Positions 1 to 10,091 of a DNA stretch of 64,000 bases are shown here, piece after piece (the first letter of the stretch is position 1; every line of letters begins with the position of its first letter). The translations under genes were made by a program, and so were the position numbers. The notes below the pieces were generated by a model. The model saw only the letters and a list, made by a program, of their open reading frames with translations, searched no databases and was not told where the DNA came from. The stretch comes from a virus (taxonomy: Duplodnaviria > Caudoviricetes). Where the stretch lies: positions 64,001 through 128,000 of the IMG/VR virus record IMGVR_UViG_3300028588_000015; one strand, written 5' to 3'.

Positions 1-633
1 GCCGAAGCTCTGCTGGAAGAAATGGGCAAGACCGATGGCAAGCTCGCCGACATCAAGACCGTACCGCTGCCGCAAGGCGCCGTCGCCAAGGTCAACAACC
101 CGAAGGGCGCGGGTTTCGCTGAGCCGGTCGCTGGCCTGTCCCTGTTCCGCGGCCCGGTGATGCTCGGCAACAAGGCCGTCATCGTCGAAGCGCCGAGCCA
201 AGCCCTGAGCGGCGAACAAGCGGTCACGCCGGCATCGAAAACCTCGATGGCCCTGGGCGCCTTCGACCCGAAAGCCAGCGAGCCGAGCGGCACCACCGTG
301 CATGTGATCGATGGTGGCAAGATCGCCGCCGTGGCCGATGAAGTCGACGCCATGATGACCGACGTCATCAAGTACCGCGCCAAGCTGGGCAAGTTCGGCG
401 ACCTGAAGTCGAAGATCGTCGCCGCCGCCGAGCGCGCCGGCAAGGATTCGAACACCGAAGAAAACAAGGACAAGGCCGCTTGGCACGGCGCGATGCAGAA
501 GATCGCGACCAACGTCGTGAACAACCTGGACCGCGGCCCGGCCGCCATGTCGATCTACGTGCTGAACACCGCCAAGGCCGCGCTGGACCTGGCCGAGCAG
601 TCGCTCAAGCAGTACACCGCCAACAAGAAGTAA
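1..633 (+). CDS. phiKZ-like internal head / ejection protein, 5'-truncated by window edge
   Basis: Frame is open from base 1 (AEALLEEMGK...). Very high GC3. Shares (P/V)MLGN..(V/I)(I/V)V and a C-terminal ..SL..Y ending with the next gene, so the two are paralogues. Confidence 0.65.
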   Translation, partial: AEALLEEMGKTDGKLADIKTVPLPQGAVAKVNNPKGAGFAEPVAGLSLFRGPVMLGNKAVIVEAPSQALSGEQAVTPASKTSMALGAFDPKASEPSGTTVHVIDGGKIAAVADEVDAMMTDVIKYRAKLGKFGDLKSKIVAAAERAGKDSNTEENKDKAAWHGAMQKIATNVVNNLDRGPAAMSIYVLNTAKAALDLAEQSLKQYTANKK

Positions 634-710
634 TCCTGTCTGATCCGGCCACGGGGTGGGCAAATCCCACCCCGGTCGATCTCTACCATTTAAATCCGCA
701 AAGGTAAAGC

Positions 711-2084
711 ATGCGCGCACTCCTGAATTCCGCAATGGAAGGCTTCTCGACTTCGACCAACAACCTGGTCCTGTCGCTGGAAGACGAACAAAACATGATC
801 GCCGAGGCCACCCAAGAAGGTGCCGAGATCAACACCGAACTGGGCGAAGTCGACCGCATGGCCGACATGTCGGACGCGCTGGAAGACCTGGCCGTGACCG
901 CCGACGCGATCGCGGGCACCGACGGCACCGGTGAAGCCACCGACAACGAAGCCAACCTGATGGACACCGCGGCCAACGCCGCCGTCGCCGGCACCGACAT
1001 CGAAGCGTCGGAAATCGTGCCAGCGCTGGAAAGCCATGGCGGCCGCCGCCGCTACTCGGCCGAATCGATCCGCGAGCGCGCCCGTTCGATCTGGGAAGCG
1101 ATCAAGAAGATCCTGAAGCATGTGTGGGAAAAGATCACCTCCTTCATGTACAAGATGTTCGGCACCATCCCGACCCTGCGCCGCCGCGTCCAGGACCTGA
1201 AGAAGCGCGTCGAGGACAACAGCAGCCGCACCATCGCCGAGAAGAAGGTCACCATCTCGTCGGGCGTCGCCTCGCTGTCGGCCAACTACAAAACCCCGTC
1301 CAACGAAGGCGAGCTGCGCAAGAACTATACGTACCTGCTGAACGCTGCGAAGGTCACCTACGGCGACAACTTCGATGAAATGATCGACGTGGGCGAGGCA
1401 GTCCACGAAGCCATTACCGACTTCGATGCCGATAAGCCGGCCGAGACGGCCGAATCGGGTCTGAAGAAGATCGAGGCCGCCATGGCCAAAGTCAAGCCGT
1501 CCGGTATCAGCCTGCATTCGGTCTCGGGCAACCGCTTCGGCGAACACGTTGACGCGCAGATGACGGAGCCGATGCTGGGCAACGTCAGTATCGTCGTCAA
1601 GAAGCCGACCTACATCAGCCACAAGGCCGGCGCCGGCTCGACCATCGGCAAGCTGGAACAGCTGCGCGGTTTCGGCGTCGAGATCGTCCAGACCTCGGAG
1701 AAACCGAAAGACACCCCGAACAACTTCGAGATGTCGACCGCCACCAACGCCGGCATGAAGTCGATGCTGGAAGACGTGCTGGAAATGCTGGACATCCTCG
1801 AGAAGTTCCAGCGCGGCAAGCGCGCCGACGAGATGAAGAAGCTGAAGACCAAGCTGGAATCGGCTTCCGACAAGGCCACCGCTTCGATGAAGAAGATCGA
1901 GGGCAAGGACGACAAGGACGAGATGAAGGCCGTCCCGTACTACCGCGCCCTGCTGAACTTCAACCAGGCGTACGCGCGCTGGGTGAAGGACCCGGCCCTG
2001 CCGATGGTCAGCTACGCCCTGGCGTCGTCGCGCGGTGTGATCAACGTCGTGCAGAAGTCGTTGTCGAACTACAAGACCGCGTAA
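711..2084 (+). CDS. phiKZ-like internal head / ejection protein with acidic propeptide
   Basis: Acidic N-terminal ~125 aa with AME, SLE, ALE and SAE motifs matching the S/A/G-x-E prohead protease consensus of phiKZ-like phages. Helical mature domain, strong codon bias. Confidence 0.75.
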   Translation: MRALLNSAMEGFSTSTNNLVLSLEDEQNMIAEATQEGAEINTELGEVDRMADMSDALEDLAVTADAIAGTDGTGEATDNEANLMDTAANAAVAGTDIEASEIVPALESHGGRRRYSAESIRERARSIWEAIKKILKHVWEKITSFMYKMFGTIPTLRRRVQDLKKRVEDNSSRTIAEKKVTISSGVASLSANYKTPSNEGELRKNYTYLLNAAKVTYGDNFDEMIDVGEAVHEAITDFDADKPAETAESGLKKIEAAMAKVKPSGISLHSVSGNRFGEHVDAQMTEPMLGNVSIVVKKPTYISHKAGAGSTIGKLEQLRGFGVEIVQTSEKPKDTPNNFEMSTATNAGMKSMLEDVLEMLDILEKFQRGKRADEMKKLKTKLESASDKATASMKKIEGKDDKDEMKAVPYYRALLNFNQAYARWVKDPALPMVSYALASSRGVINVVQKSLSNYKTA

Positions 2085-2110
2085 GCGCTCGGCCTGGTCT
2101 CGATGACATG

Positions 2111-2143
2111 AAAAGCCACCCGGTTCGTCCGGGTGGCTTTTTT
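2111..2143 (+). terminator. intrinsic terminator
   Basis: 13-bp perfect stem AAAAGCCACCCGG/CCGGGTGGCTTTT followed by a T-tract. Confidence 0.9.
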
Positions 2144-2218
2144 GCCGCAAACTCAAAACTGAAGAGTGCAATTTTATGTAATGGAGTTTTTCCCTAATCA
2201 ATACAAAGAAAGCGGAGC

Positions 2219-3754
2219 ATGCCTAAAATCATCCTGATGGTCCCCGAGACCGAGAGCACGATCACGCGTCCGATCGCCACTGAAGTTACGCGCACCTTGA
2301 TGGCGTTGACTGGCATCTCCGAAGACGCCACCCAAATCTTCTTCCCGAGCCCTTCTGGTCACGTGGCTCAGCCGGGTTCCACGTTGACAGGGGATGCACT
2401 TCCCAATAAGCTGGCAAGCGACCAGCGGATTAAGATCGAAGTCGACGAAGAAAGTAAAGCCGAAGACTTGCACCAACTCGTGACTCACCGTCCCGAGAAT
2501 CGCCTGATTTTCGTGGATAACGATTTGGACGTTGTTATCCGTCCTGTCTACGCTACGACCACCATGACGATCAATTTCACATACCGGGCTGCGGATAAGA
2601 CTGGTGCAGAACGCTGGCGCGACGGCATTAAGACCCGTATGGCAATGATGATGCAACCGCAACTGCTCAGTGTTGCGTACAACTTCGCTATTCCAGATGC
2701 AATGTTGGTCATTCTGGAAGAAATCCATCGCTTGCGTGAAGCCAAGCATGGATACGGCCAATCGTGGCCCAAGTATTTCAACGACAATTCATCCAAGCTC
2801 CTGTCGACACTGTCCAACCTGATCGGTGAACAACAGGTACTGGCCTTATCGGAAAGACAGACCCGGATACCGGGCATGTTCGATTTCGAAGCCGAACCCG
2901 AGAAAGGGCAGAAAGAAGGCGAGACGGAAGCATGGTCGATTTCGTTCAGCTACACCTTCCAATACGCCAAGGCGATTGCGTGCCAAATGGTGTACCCGTT
3001 GGTGGTGCATAATCAGCCGCTCACCAAATTCATTCCGACGGCACCGATGGAGACCCAAGAAGACCATCTGACGGGCTTTAGCGCGTCATCATGGGCTTTA
3101 GCGCACTTCGAGTCAGGTAGCTGGGGTCAACCCATCTCGCGCCGCCACGGTTACGCTATTCCAGCCTATGACGAATTCATTCCGCTCTTTGCGATGCCCG
3201 CCACCCAAAGGGTAGTCACCAGTCTTGTTTTGATCGACGATGCCGCCCCTAATCTGTTGATGAACTTGGCCGAGATAGACGATGATTTTGCATTCAAGCC
3301 CGAAGTCTTGGACTTCTTGAAGAGTGAAGTGGCTTCTCTTCCCAAGCCGTACCAGTCGATTTTCCACGTGTCATTGTACGGTAACGTCGATTTGATGCCG
3401 AACAGCATTCTTGAAGTGCGAAACAATCTGGATGTAGTGACCACCCGTCTGCTGTCGCCGCGTCAGTACTATCATGTCCGTTTGAGCCTAGTGGACGACC
3501 TGCGTCGCCTGGACCGAGACGCTCTAGAACGCGCCCGTATTCACGGTGTGGCTTTGGTCGAAATCCTCAAAGCGCTGGAGCCATCACTAGAAGAACGTGG
3601 CCTGTTGCCGCCGGTGACGAAACGTGGCCATATCCGCAGTGACGACTTGGAAGCGGTGATGCGTATCCTCGAACGCCCACTCCGTCTCACCGACGAAACG
3701 ACCATCAAGCAATTTAACACGGTACAAACCCTGTTCATTAAAGCGAGTAAGTGA
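2219..3754 (+). CDS. conserved phiKZ-like virion structural protein (511 aa)
   Basis: RBS GGAG; first gene of a tightly coupled four-gene block after the head genes. Family assignment from context and recalled resemblance only. Confidence 0.6.
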   Translation: MPKIILMVPETESTITRPIATEVTRTLMALTGISEDATQIFFPSPSGHVAQPGSTLTGDALPNKLASDQRIKIEVDEESKAEDLHQLVTHRPENRLIFVDNDLDVVIRPVYATTTMTINFTYRAADKTGAERWRDGIKTRMAMMMQPQLLSVAYNFAIPDAMLVILEEIHRLREAKHGYGQSWPKYFNDNSSKLLSTLSNLIGEQQVLALSERQTRIPGMFDFEAEPEKGQKEGETEAWSISFSYTFQYAKAIACQMVYPLVVHNQPLTKFIPTAPMETQEDHLTGFSASSWALAHFESGSWGQPISRRHGYAIPAYDEFIPLFAMPATQRVVTSLVLIDDAAPNLLMNLAEIDDDFAFKPEVLDFLKSEVASLPKPYQSIFHVSLYGNVDLMPNSILEVRNNLDVVTTRLLSPRQYYHVRLSLVDDLRRLDRDALERARIHGVALVEILKALEPSLEERGLLPPVTKRGHIRSDDLEAVMRILERPLRLTDETTIKQFNTVQTLFIKASK

Positions 3755-5118
3755 TGCCTGTATTTAACCCCAAACCCACTGCCCCGCCAGTCGCTGTCGA
3801 CAGTCCGGTACAATCCCTGGCACCGGAAAATAAAAACATCTTGGTCGATTCCCGTTACATCCCGATGACTGCCCTGCTTTCGCACGTCGAAGGCAGCCCG
3901 TGGATGTGCGACTACTATGCCCAGGTGCTCGACAAAGACACCGCGTTATCCGGGCAACAACTGAACCGTCTCGGCATTAACCAGCAGTACCGGTTGGTTC
4001 AACAGTTCGAACTGCGTGTCACTTCGCCTCTGCAAGGTGACCAAGACACGGAATCTAACGCCATGCCGCTTGAAGGTGTGTCCAACGTCTTCCCGTGCTT
4101 GGTGCCCAACGTGGGGGACATGTTCATCGCGGACATTGGCGATGGCCGCTTGGGTGTTTTCCAAGTGACTGAGTCCAAACGCAAATCGGTGATGAAAGAC
4201 ACCATCCACGAGATCAGCTATCAATGGGTGGCCTATGCGACGAAGGAGCGTCTTGACGATCTAAACAACAAGGTCGTCAAGAAGAATGTCTTTGTGCTTG
4301 ACTTGATGATCAACGACAAAGACCCGTTCTTGGCTGATGAAGACTACAAGAGCCGCTCGCAATTGGCGCAGGTCTATCGGGAATTGGTGCCGATGTATTT
4401 CCGCTCGTTCTACGACCACGAGTTCGCTACGCTTATGGTGCCGGATCAGGATTCGCCCACCTACGACCCCTTGTTGGTGGCGGCTGTGCTGTCCATTGTC
4501 GACACATCGCAAGCGCTCGAGATCGCCAAGGTGCGACGCCTGAACGTTGATGACGACGAAGCCCTGACGGCGGTGAACGTCTGGACGGTTTTGCTCGAAC
4601 GCAGCAAGATGCAACAACAGCGCGCCTTTACCCGGGCCTCAACCACGACCGCGCGCGCATTCATGCGTCTGGCCCAGTTCGAAGGTATCTACCACAGCGG
4701 CGTGCACTACGTGGTGTACCCGATCGACCCCGAGCGCTCGATCTCGCCCCGGCGGCTACTCAACAGCAAGGTGTTGACCGAACCCATTCAGCGCCCTGAA
4801 TACGACGATTTCGTCAATGGCTTCACCGTGCCCGTCCTGAGCGGTTTGGACAACGTTGAAGGACACGCCATTCAACCGAGCATCCCGGCAGCGGGTGCCA
4901 CGGATTACTATGTGTTCAGTGAAGCTTTCTACGATGGGCTGCGTAAAGACCAGTCGCGACTGGAAAACTTGGTGCAAGACTATATCGACGAAGTCGCGAT
5001 CGACCCAGCTGCTCTACTCAAAATCGTGCGCGATTATCCCAACTGGGCAACACTGGACCAGTTCTACTATGGACCAGTCGTCATGCTGTTGATGCGTCAC
5101 GTCGTGGAGCGTTTCTAA
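3754..5118 (+). CDS. conserved phiKZ-like virion structural protein (tail/neck candidate)
   Basis: TGATG stop/start overlap with the upstream gene; long ORF in the structural block. Confidence 0.6.
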   Translation: MPVFNPKPTAPPVAVDSPVQSLAPENKNILVDSRYIPMTALLSHVEGSPWMCDYYAQVLDKDTALSGQQLNRLGINQQYRLVQQFELRVTSPLQGDQDTESNAMPLEGVSNVFPCLVPNVGDMFIADIGDGRLGVFQVTESKRKSVMKDTIHEISYQWVAYATKERLDDLNNKVVKKNVFVLDLMINDKDPFLADEDYKSRSQLAQVYRELVPMYFRSFYDHEFATLMVPDQDSPTYDPLLVAAVLSIVDTSQALEIAKVRRLNVDDDEALTAVNVWTVLLERSKMQQQRAFTRASTTTARAFMRLAQFEGIYHSGVHYVVYPIDPERSISPRRLLNSKVLTEPIQRPEYDDFVNGFTVPVLSGLDNVEGHAIQPSIPAAGATDYYVFSEAFYDGLRKDQSRLENLVQDYIDEVAIDPAALLKIVRDYPNWATLDQFYYGPVVMLLMRHVVERF

Positions 5119-5726
5119 TGGCTTGGCTACCTGAAGATCAGCGCGACACCCGGTACTACCTGTGGGAACCGAAGTTTCTCTGTCGCATGCGGTATAGCGA
5201 CAGCATGACGATCGGCCAACTCAGAAGTCGCGGGATTTATACCAGCGGCGACCCGGTGGAAGACAAACGCATGATGAACAGTCAGACGAATTTCTACCTG
5301 TCTATCAACGACATGGTGGAGTATTTTCGTCAAGGGATTGTGGTGTCAGTACTGGACCGTGCGGACACGGCAACGATTTACGAGCACATCAGCAACCACA
5401 TCAATGCTTTCCGAGAGGAAATTAACAAAGCGTTCACGATGGACCACATCCCGCTGGATGACCTCGTGTTACTGGATCAGTTTGCCAGTACGGTTTACGA
5501 ACATGCCAAGCATGAATTTACCAAGGATGCAGCGCACAGCCTCATTGCGCGACGTATGGATGCGCTGGCCGGATTTACGCCGAGTAACATCCTGGGTGAA
5601 GAAAAGCGTGCTGCCGTGCCCGCCACCACTCCAGAGGGTGAAGAAGAGGACGATGGTTATCAGAAACGCGATAGTTTGGCGGATTACTTTACCGGTTTGA
5701 TCCGTTCGCAGCGTAGGGCCTTTTAA
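5118..5726 (+). CDS. conserved phiKZ-like protein (202 aa)
   Basis: TAATG overlap with the upstream gene; lies within the structural operon. Confidence 0.55.
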   Translation: MAWLPEDQRDTRYYLWEPKFLCRMRYSDSMTIGQLRSRGIYTSGDPVEDKRMMNSQTNFYLSINDMVEYFRQGIVVSVLDRADTATIYEHISNHINAFREEINKAFTMDHIPLDDLVLLDQFASTVYEHAKHEFTKDAAHSLIARRMDALAGFTPSNILGEEKRAAVPATTPEGEEEDDGYQKRDSLADYFTGLIRSQRRAF

Positions 5727-5728
5727 TC

Positions 5729-7087
5729 ATGGAGATTAAAGAATCTTCGTTGTATCAAGATGTGTTAGAAGTGGTTCAGAGTGGTGTCAAGCCGGTCCAC
5801 TACTCGTGGCAGGCAACCATTCATGCAGGTGAAACCGACGTTGCGGTATTGAAGGTATCGTCTCGCGACACCCTGATGGAGTTTGACACCAAGTATGCTG
5901 AGGAGATGATGCTCACGGTTGAACTTGGTCTTGGTACGTATGCATTCCAAGTGTACCCCAACCAAGACAAACTTGATATCACATTGACGCGCTACCCTAT
6001 CGGCGAGACTGGCGACGCCGTCGATGATAGTCAAGTGGTACAGTCGGAGCGGTACACTGCCATCTTGGTCGACAAGGGAGACATCAAGTTTGAACGCAAT
6101 GGCCCCAATACCCCCAGTGAAGAAGCCCTTAACCTGACGAAACTGGTGACGCTGGAATTCCAGATGATCAACAAGACACTGGAACAATTGCGTTTGAAAA
6201 CCGTGGGACTTAACTTACGCAACGTCTTGATCGAGGACGCAGTCAAAGCAGTGATGACTTCGTTCTCACAAGACATCAAGGTTGATGAGGACCAGCGGCC
6301 GAAGGGGGTGTCCATGGTCAAAGCCTCGAATGGCAACAAAATCCCGCACGTGGTGATCCCCCACACCGGGATACGCTTACCTCAAGTCCCGGCGTATCTG
6401 CAAGAGCACTACGGTATTTACAGCGCGGGTTTGGGCTACTTCTATCACGGGGGGTATTGGCACCTGTATCCCCGTTTTAACGTAGAGCGTTACCGCGATA
6501 CGCAAAACACCACTACCATCATCAATGTTCCCCGCAATCGGTTCATGGGGACAGAGCGGACCTACAAAAAGGATGGTTCGCACTTAACGATTTTGGCCAC
6601 TAGTGAAGTCATGCTGGAGGACCGCTCTACGTCCTTGCAGCTGAACGCGGGTAATGGCGTACGCTTTGCTGACGCCAAGCGATATATGGAGGATTTTGTT
6701 ACGGTAGAAGACAACAAAATGGTTGCTTCCCGAGCACGTAACAACAGTGAGTTCATGTCAGTCGAGCGTGAAAATGGCATGAACAATGTGCGGTTCAGCA
6801 GTAAACCCATTACGTCCAATGCCTACGTTGAGTACTCCAAGTTGGCCGAGCGTAATGGCGCCTACTTCTCGATGCGGTGGGAACACTCGGACCAATCCTT
6901 GATTGTACCCGGCATGGTCGTCAAAATCCTGTACTTGGATGGCGAGGAAATCAAAACCTTGTTCGGGTCACTCGTGAAGGTTCACCATTACGACCAGATG
7001 GCAGGAGCAGGTTACACCAACACACGCTACTACAGCCATTCAGTCCTGGTGTTTTTCGTTGAGCGTTCATTGCCCGACGAGACGTAA
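5729..7087 (+). CDS. phiKZ-like virion structural protein, baseplate-hub candidate
   Basis: 452 aa, beta-rich, with a YGIY..G.GYFY motif; last gene of the operon before a terminator. Function is inferred. Confidence 0.55.
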   Translation: MEIKESSLYQDVLEVVQSGVKPVHYSWQATIHAGETDVAVLKVSSRDTLMEFDTKYAEEMMLTVELGLGTYAFQVYPNQDKLDITLTRYPIGETGDAVDDSQVVQSERYTAILVDKGDIKFERNGPNTPSEEALNLTKLVTLEFQMINKTLEQLRLKTVGLNLRNVLIEDAVKAVMTSFSQDIKVDEDQRPKGVSMVKASNGNKIPHVVIPHTGIRLPQVPAYLQEHYGIYSAGLGYFYHGGYWHLYPRFNVERYRDTQNTTTIINVPRNRFMGTERTYKKDGSHLTILATSEVMLEDRSTSLQLNAGNGVRFADAKRYMEDFVTVEDNKMVASRARNNSEFMSVERENGMNNVRFSSKPITSNAYVEYSKLAERNGAYFSMRWEHSDQSLIVPGMVVKILYLDGEEIKTLFGSLVKVHHYDQMAGAGYTNTRYYSHSVLVFFVERSLPDET

Positions 7088-7121
7088 TAAAGGAGAGGGG
7101 AACCCCCTCTCCTTTATATGC
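7087..7121 (+). terminator. bidirectional intrinsic terminator
   Basis: 14-bp arms ATAAAGGAGAGGGG/CCCCTCTCCTTTAT. Confidence 0.85.
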
Positions 7122-7193
7122 CGTGTATAAATGACCCAAGTAAAAATCTATTTTATGCCTGATTACCTTTTCCGTTCACCTTTTTTCTAAAGG

Positions 7194-7721
7194 ATGATTG
7201 ACATGCTCAATCAAGAAAAGCTTTTGGTGGCATTGAATGCTTTGAATTCTCCTCCAGAGCCACTTACGCTGGACAGTGTGACGTTCATGCCACCCGTGCC
7301 CTATATTGGCGCAGACCCATGCAATACCAAGATCAGTGTTGTCGCAAAGCCTGCAAAAGGTTATTCGAGTACGCTAGATTTTTATTACCATCGCATTAGT
7401 TTGACGGAAATGGGTAAGCTGGAGTTTTCTTCCATGCAGCCTTACACCGTCGACAATTTGTTATTGATTCTTAATAACATGAACGCGGCGCCGCTTGACA
7501 AGACTGCTGAATTGGCGCTGACCGATTTGGAAGCGATTAAGTTACCGCAGTTTGCCGCGATCGGCGACGCACAAACGCTGGCAATCAAAGCGCACTCTGA
7601 CTCGATTGGTTGGGTCGGTGAAACCGAGATGCTGCTGGCATTCAATTTGCCAGACGTGTCTCGTCTCGAAATATTGTACAATGAAATATTGCCCGCTATC
7701 TTTCCTGCGGCTTCTTCTTAA
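7194..7721 (+). CDS. phiKZ-like virion structural protein (FYYHRI-motif family)
   Basis: NTKI.V.A...KG...FYYHRI.L motif shared with 22423-22953 (NTEI.V.A...RG...WYNRI.L). Confidence 0.6.
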   Translation: MIDMLNQEKLLVALNALNSPPEPLTLDSVTFMPPVPYIGADPCNTKISVVAKPAKGYSSTLDFYYHRISLTEMGKLEFSSMQPYTVDNLLLILNNMNAAPLDKTAELALTDLEAIKLPQFAAIGDAQTLAIKAHSDSIGWVGETEMLLAFNLPDVSRLEILYNEILPAIFPAASS

Positions 7722-7733
7722 AGGGATTTTTTC

Positions 7734-8204
7734 ATGTCCACCGTAACAGAAAGTATTCAGGCGATTATCGATGTCAGTGCCATTGCCGATAAATGGGCCA
7801 ATGGCTCGGCCAGTGAAACTGTGCAGACGAAAGCCGGTTCAATCAAAACATTGGCGGGGATCACTAATAGCGTTGTCGATGATTTGCTGTCGGTGCTGAG
7901 TGGCACCAGTAACTCGCAAGTCGTACTGTCAACTGGGGTCAAAACCTTTTTGACCCAACCCAATAAAGGCTTTAAAGCAGGGATGCTGATCTCGGCCACT
8001 GCGCCGGATGGCAGCTACATGTCGGGCACGGTGATCAGTTACGGCGTCAACACGCTCGTCATGAACGTTACCGCCAACAAAGGCAGCGGCACTTACAGCA
8101 GCTGGCAACTGACCTTCAGTGGACCGGCGGGTAACAGCCCTGAACCAATTCCGGACAACCTCGGTGTTGCCCCGACGTTTGTCACTAAGCTTCCTTGGGA
8201 GTGA
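7734..8204 (+). CDS. small tail-fibre-associated protein
   Basis: N-terminal WANG...VQT..G..KTLAG segment typical of tail-spike head regions, then a TG.KTF...YM.G.V.SY...L..NVT..GSG.Y..W module common in phage tail proteins. Confidence 0.55.
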   Translation: MSTVTESIQAIIDVSAIADKWANGSASETVQTKAGSIKTLAGITNSVVDDLLSVLSGTSNSQVVLSTGVKTFLTQPNKGFKAGMLISATAPDGSYMSGTVISYGVNTLVMNVTANKGSGTYSSWQLTFSGPAGNSPEPIPDNLGVAPTFVTKLPWE

Positions 8205-8206
8205 TT

Positions 8207-10045
8207 ATGGCCACAAATATTAAGCAAGTTACCCAAGCCCATCAGGGTGTGTTTTTCCCTCTGCGCGGCGATATGGGGATTGCTCTCGATTTTATTCCGA
8301 CAGACGGATTCGATGTGGGATTTGTTACCCACACCGATGAAGAATTCACCCTGACGAGTTCAGTTTCTCAAATCCGGCAACAAGACGGCACCCTTGCATC
8401 CGAGCTTGTAGTGGGCGGTCACGTAATGTTGTCGTTTATGTTGATTTACAACGCAGAAGACAATATCTGGGAAATCACTCTCAACAACGTGGCGGTGCAG
8501 TCTTCAAATGACAATGGTGCCACCGGCGCCGGCAATCGTCCCGAGATGCTGTTGGAACCAGATGAAACCAATACCATCACCCCCGATGGTTTGATTTCCA
8601 ATCGTTTTCGTTTTGTGATGCGATCCGATACGAAAATTGGTGACCCCATAAACTACACCAGTGCCGAACATCTTTATTTTACGGGTCACCAAGACGAAGT
8701 GGGAAATCGTAAACTGGAATTTGCTCGGTCGATGTTGCTGCTCGACGCGCTGCCGTATACTCCCCCTGCGGTACCAAAGGCGATATTCGTCATGGAAATG
8801 CGGCCCACTGTCAACGTTGACGACGGGTCGTTGAACTGGACAGTAAACGGCTCGCCTGATAAGGCATCGCGTGGTTTTGCCATGATCACTGAACTGGTAC
8901 AAATTGGTGACAAAACGTATTACACCGTTGCCAGCGCATTCGGTCCGGCGTATAACAACCTCCAAAATGGTGAAACTGCCATCATTCTCCGTAATGGCCG
9001 CGCCGCTGAAGCCACAGGCACCTTGGTGGGTACCGCAGGTGCAGTGTACTATATCTACGGCGTCCCGGTGCCCGCCAATGGCGCAGACCAACGACCGGTG
9101 CTTGAATTGTTGCAGACCGACTTTAGTTCGGGTGGTGCAAACCGACCAGCCTTCGGCAAAGCACTTCTGAACTTGGAGGGTTCTGGCACCACTTACGTAC
9201 GTGACCTGAAAGTCACCGGTGCCCGTAATGACAGCAGCGATGCACGTGGTATTTGCCACAATGATTCGGGCATGAAGTTGGTGACGAACAATGTGGAAAT
9301 TGCAAACTGCAACAACGGCATTCTGACAGGCAATGCCGCCACTTGCGGCGACACGGAAATGTACGACAGCATGATCACCAAGTGCGGTATCGGCGGTCCA
9401 GCGCCCGATGACCCAGCGCATGGCTATACCACAGTTGGTTTTACGCACAGCGTCTATTTCGGACATAACCCATCCACTGTCAGGATGGCTCGAGTATCGT
9501 TGCTCGACGCTGTCCAAGGCAACAATCTGAAGTGCCGCAGTGCCAGACTGTATGCCACCCAGATCGTCTGTACTGGCGCCAGTTTGGGTCGTGAGTTGGA
9601 ACTCCCTAACGGTGGCTGGGCAGAAATCGACAATTCGATTTTCTGGAAAAAGAATCAAGAAGGCACCGGTAACCTGGCCATGGTTGGTGGTAACGGGCAA
9701 GGCGTGAATATGGGTGAAGGCTTGGACACGACGCGTCCCCGCAAATACAAGTTCACCAACGTTCTGTTCCGCAGCGATTACGTCCTCAATGGCCGCGATG
9801 GCATGTTGGTGTGTAACCTCGATCATGAAGTGCCTCTCGAATTTATCGACTGCGACTTTCAAGGTCCAGCTGTTACCAACAACAGCAATGACCCGAATGA
9901 ACAACCCCTGTACGCTGGTACGACCACGGTAAATGGCATTCGTTACAAACCGAGCGCACCACCGGTGTACACTTACACGGGGGGTCCTATCGGCCCAGTG
10001 TTGACGCCAGGCGCTACTGTCCTTCCAATGACCCCGATTAACTGA
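8207..10045 (+). CDS. tail spike / depolymerase-like protein with right-handed beta-helix
   Basis: RBS GGGAG, ATG at 8207. C-terminal Asn/Gly-rich repeats (NNVEIANCNNGILTGN, HSVYFGH, GNNLKCRS) typical of pectin-lyase-like beta-helices. The N-terminal PLRGDM module is shared with the next gene. Confidence 0.6.
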   Translation: MATNIKQVTQAHQGVFFPLRGDMGIALDFIPTDGFDVGFVTHTDEEFTLTSSVSQIRQQDGTLASELVVGGHVMLSFMLIYNAEDNIWEITLNNVAVQSSNDNGATGAGNRPEMLLEPDETNTITPDGLISNRFRFVMRSDTKIGDPINYTSAEHLYFTGHQDEVGNRKLEFARSMLLLDALPYTPPAVPKAIFVMEMRPTVNVDDGSLNWTVNGSPDKASRGFAMITELVQIGDKTYYTVASAFGPAYNNLQNGETAIILRNGRAAEATGTLVGTAGAVYYIYGVPVPANGADQRPVLELLQTDFSSGGANRPAFGKALLNLEGSGTTYVRDLKVTGARNDSSDARGICHNDSGMKLVTNNVEIANCNNGILTGNAATCGDTEMYDSMITKCGIGGPAPDDPAHGYTTVGFTHSVYFGHNPSTVRMARVSLLDAVQGNNLKCRSARLYATQIVCTGASLGRELELPNGGWAEIDNSIFWKKNQEGTGNLAMVGGNGQGVNMGEGLDTTRPRKYKFTNVLFRSDYVLNGRDGMLVCNLDHEVPLEFIDCDFQGPAVTNNSNDPNEQPLYAGTTTVNGIRYKPSAPPVYTYTGGPIGPVLTPGATVLPMTPIN

Positions 10046-10047
10046 TC

Positions 10048-10080
10048 CACACTGGGTACGTCAATGTACCCAGTGTGTTT
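10048..10080 (+). terminator. intergenic hairpin (terminator or processing site)
   Basis: 12-bp perfect stem CACACTGGGTAC/GTACCCAGTGTG followed by TTT. Confidence 0.7.
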
Positions 10081-10091
10081 GGAGTGTATAC

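Noticed and set aside
690-2201. 503-aa minus-strand ORF, and other long antisense ORFs (e.g. 8504-9904, 14902-16131, 24207-25154, 35265-36146, 43476-44411, 58980-60287)
   Set aside because: Shadows of high-GC3 plus-strand genes: no RBS, unnatural composition, full overlap with genes that have recognisable motifs.
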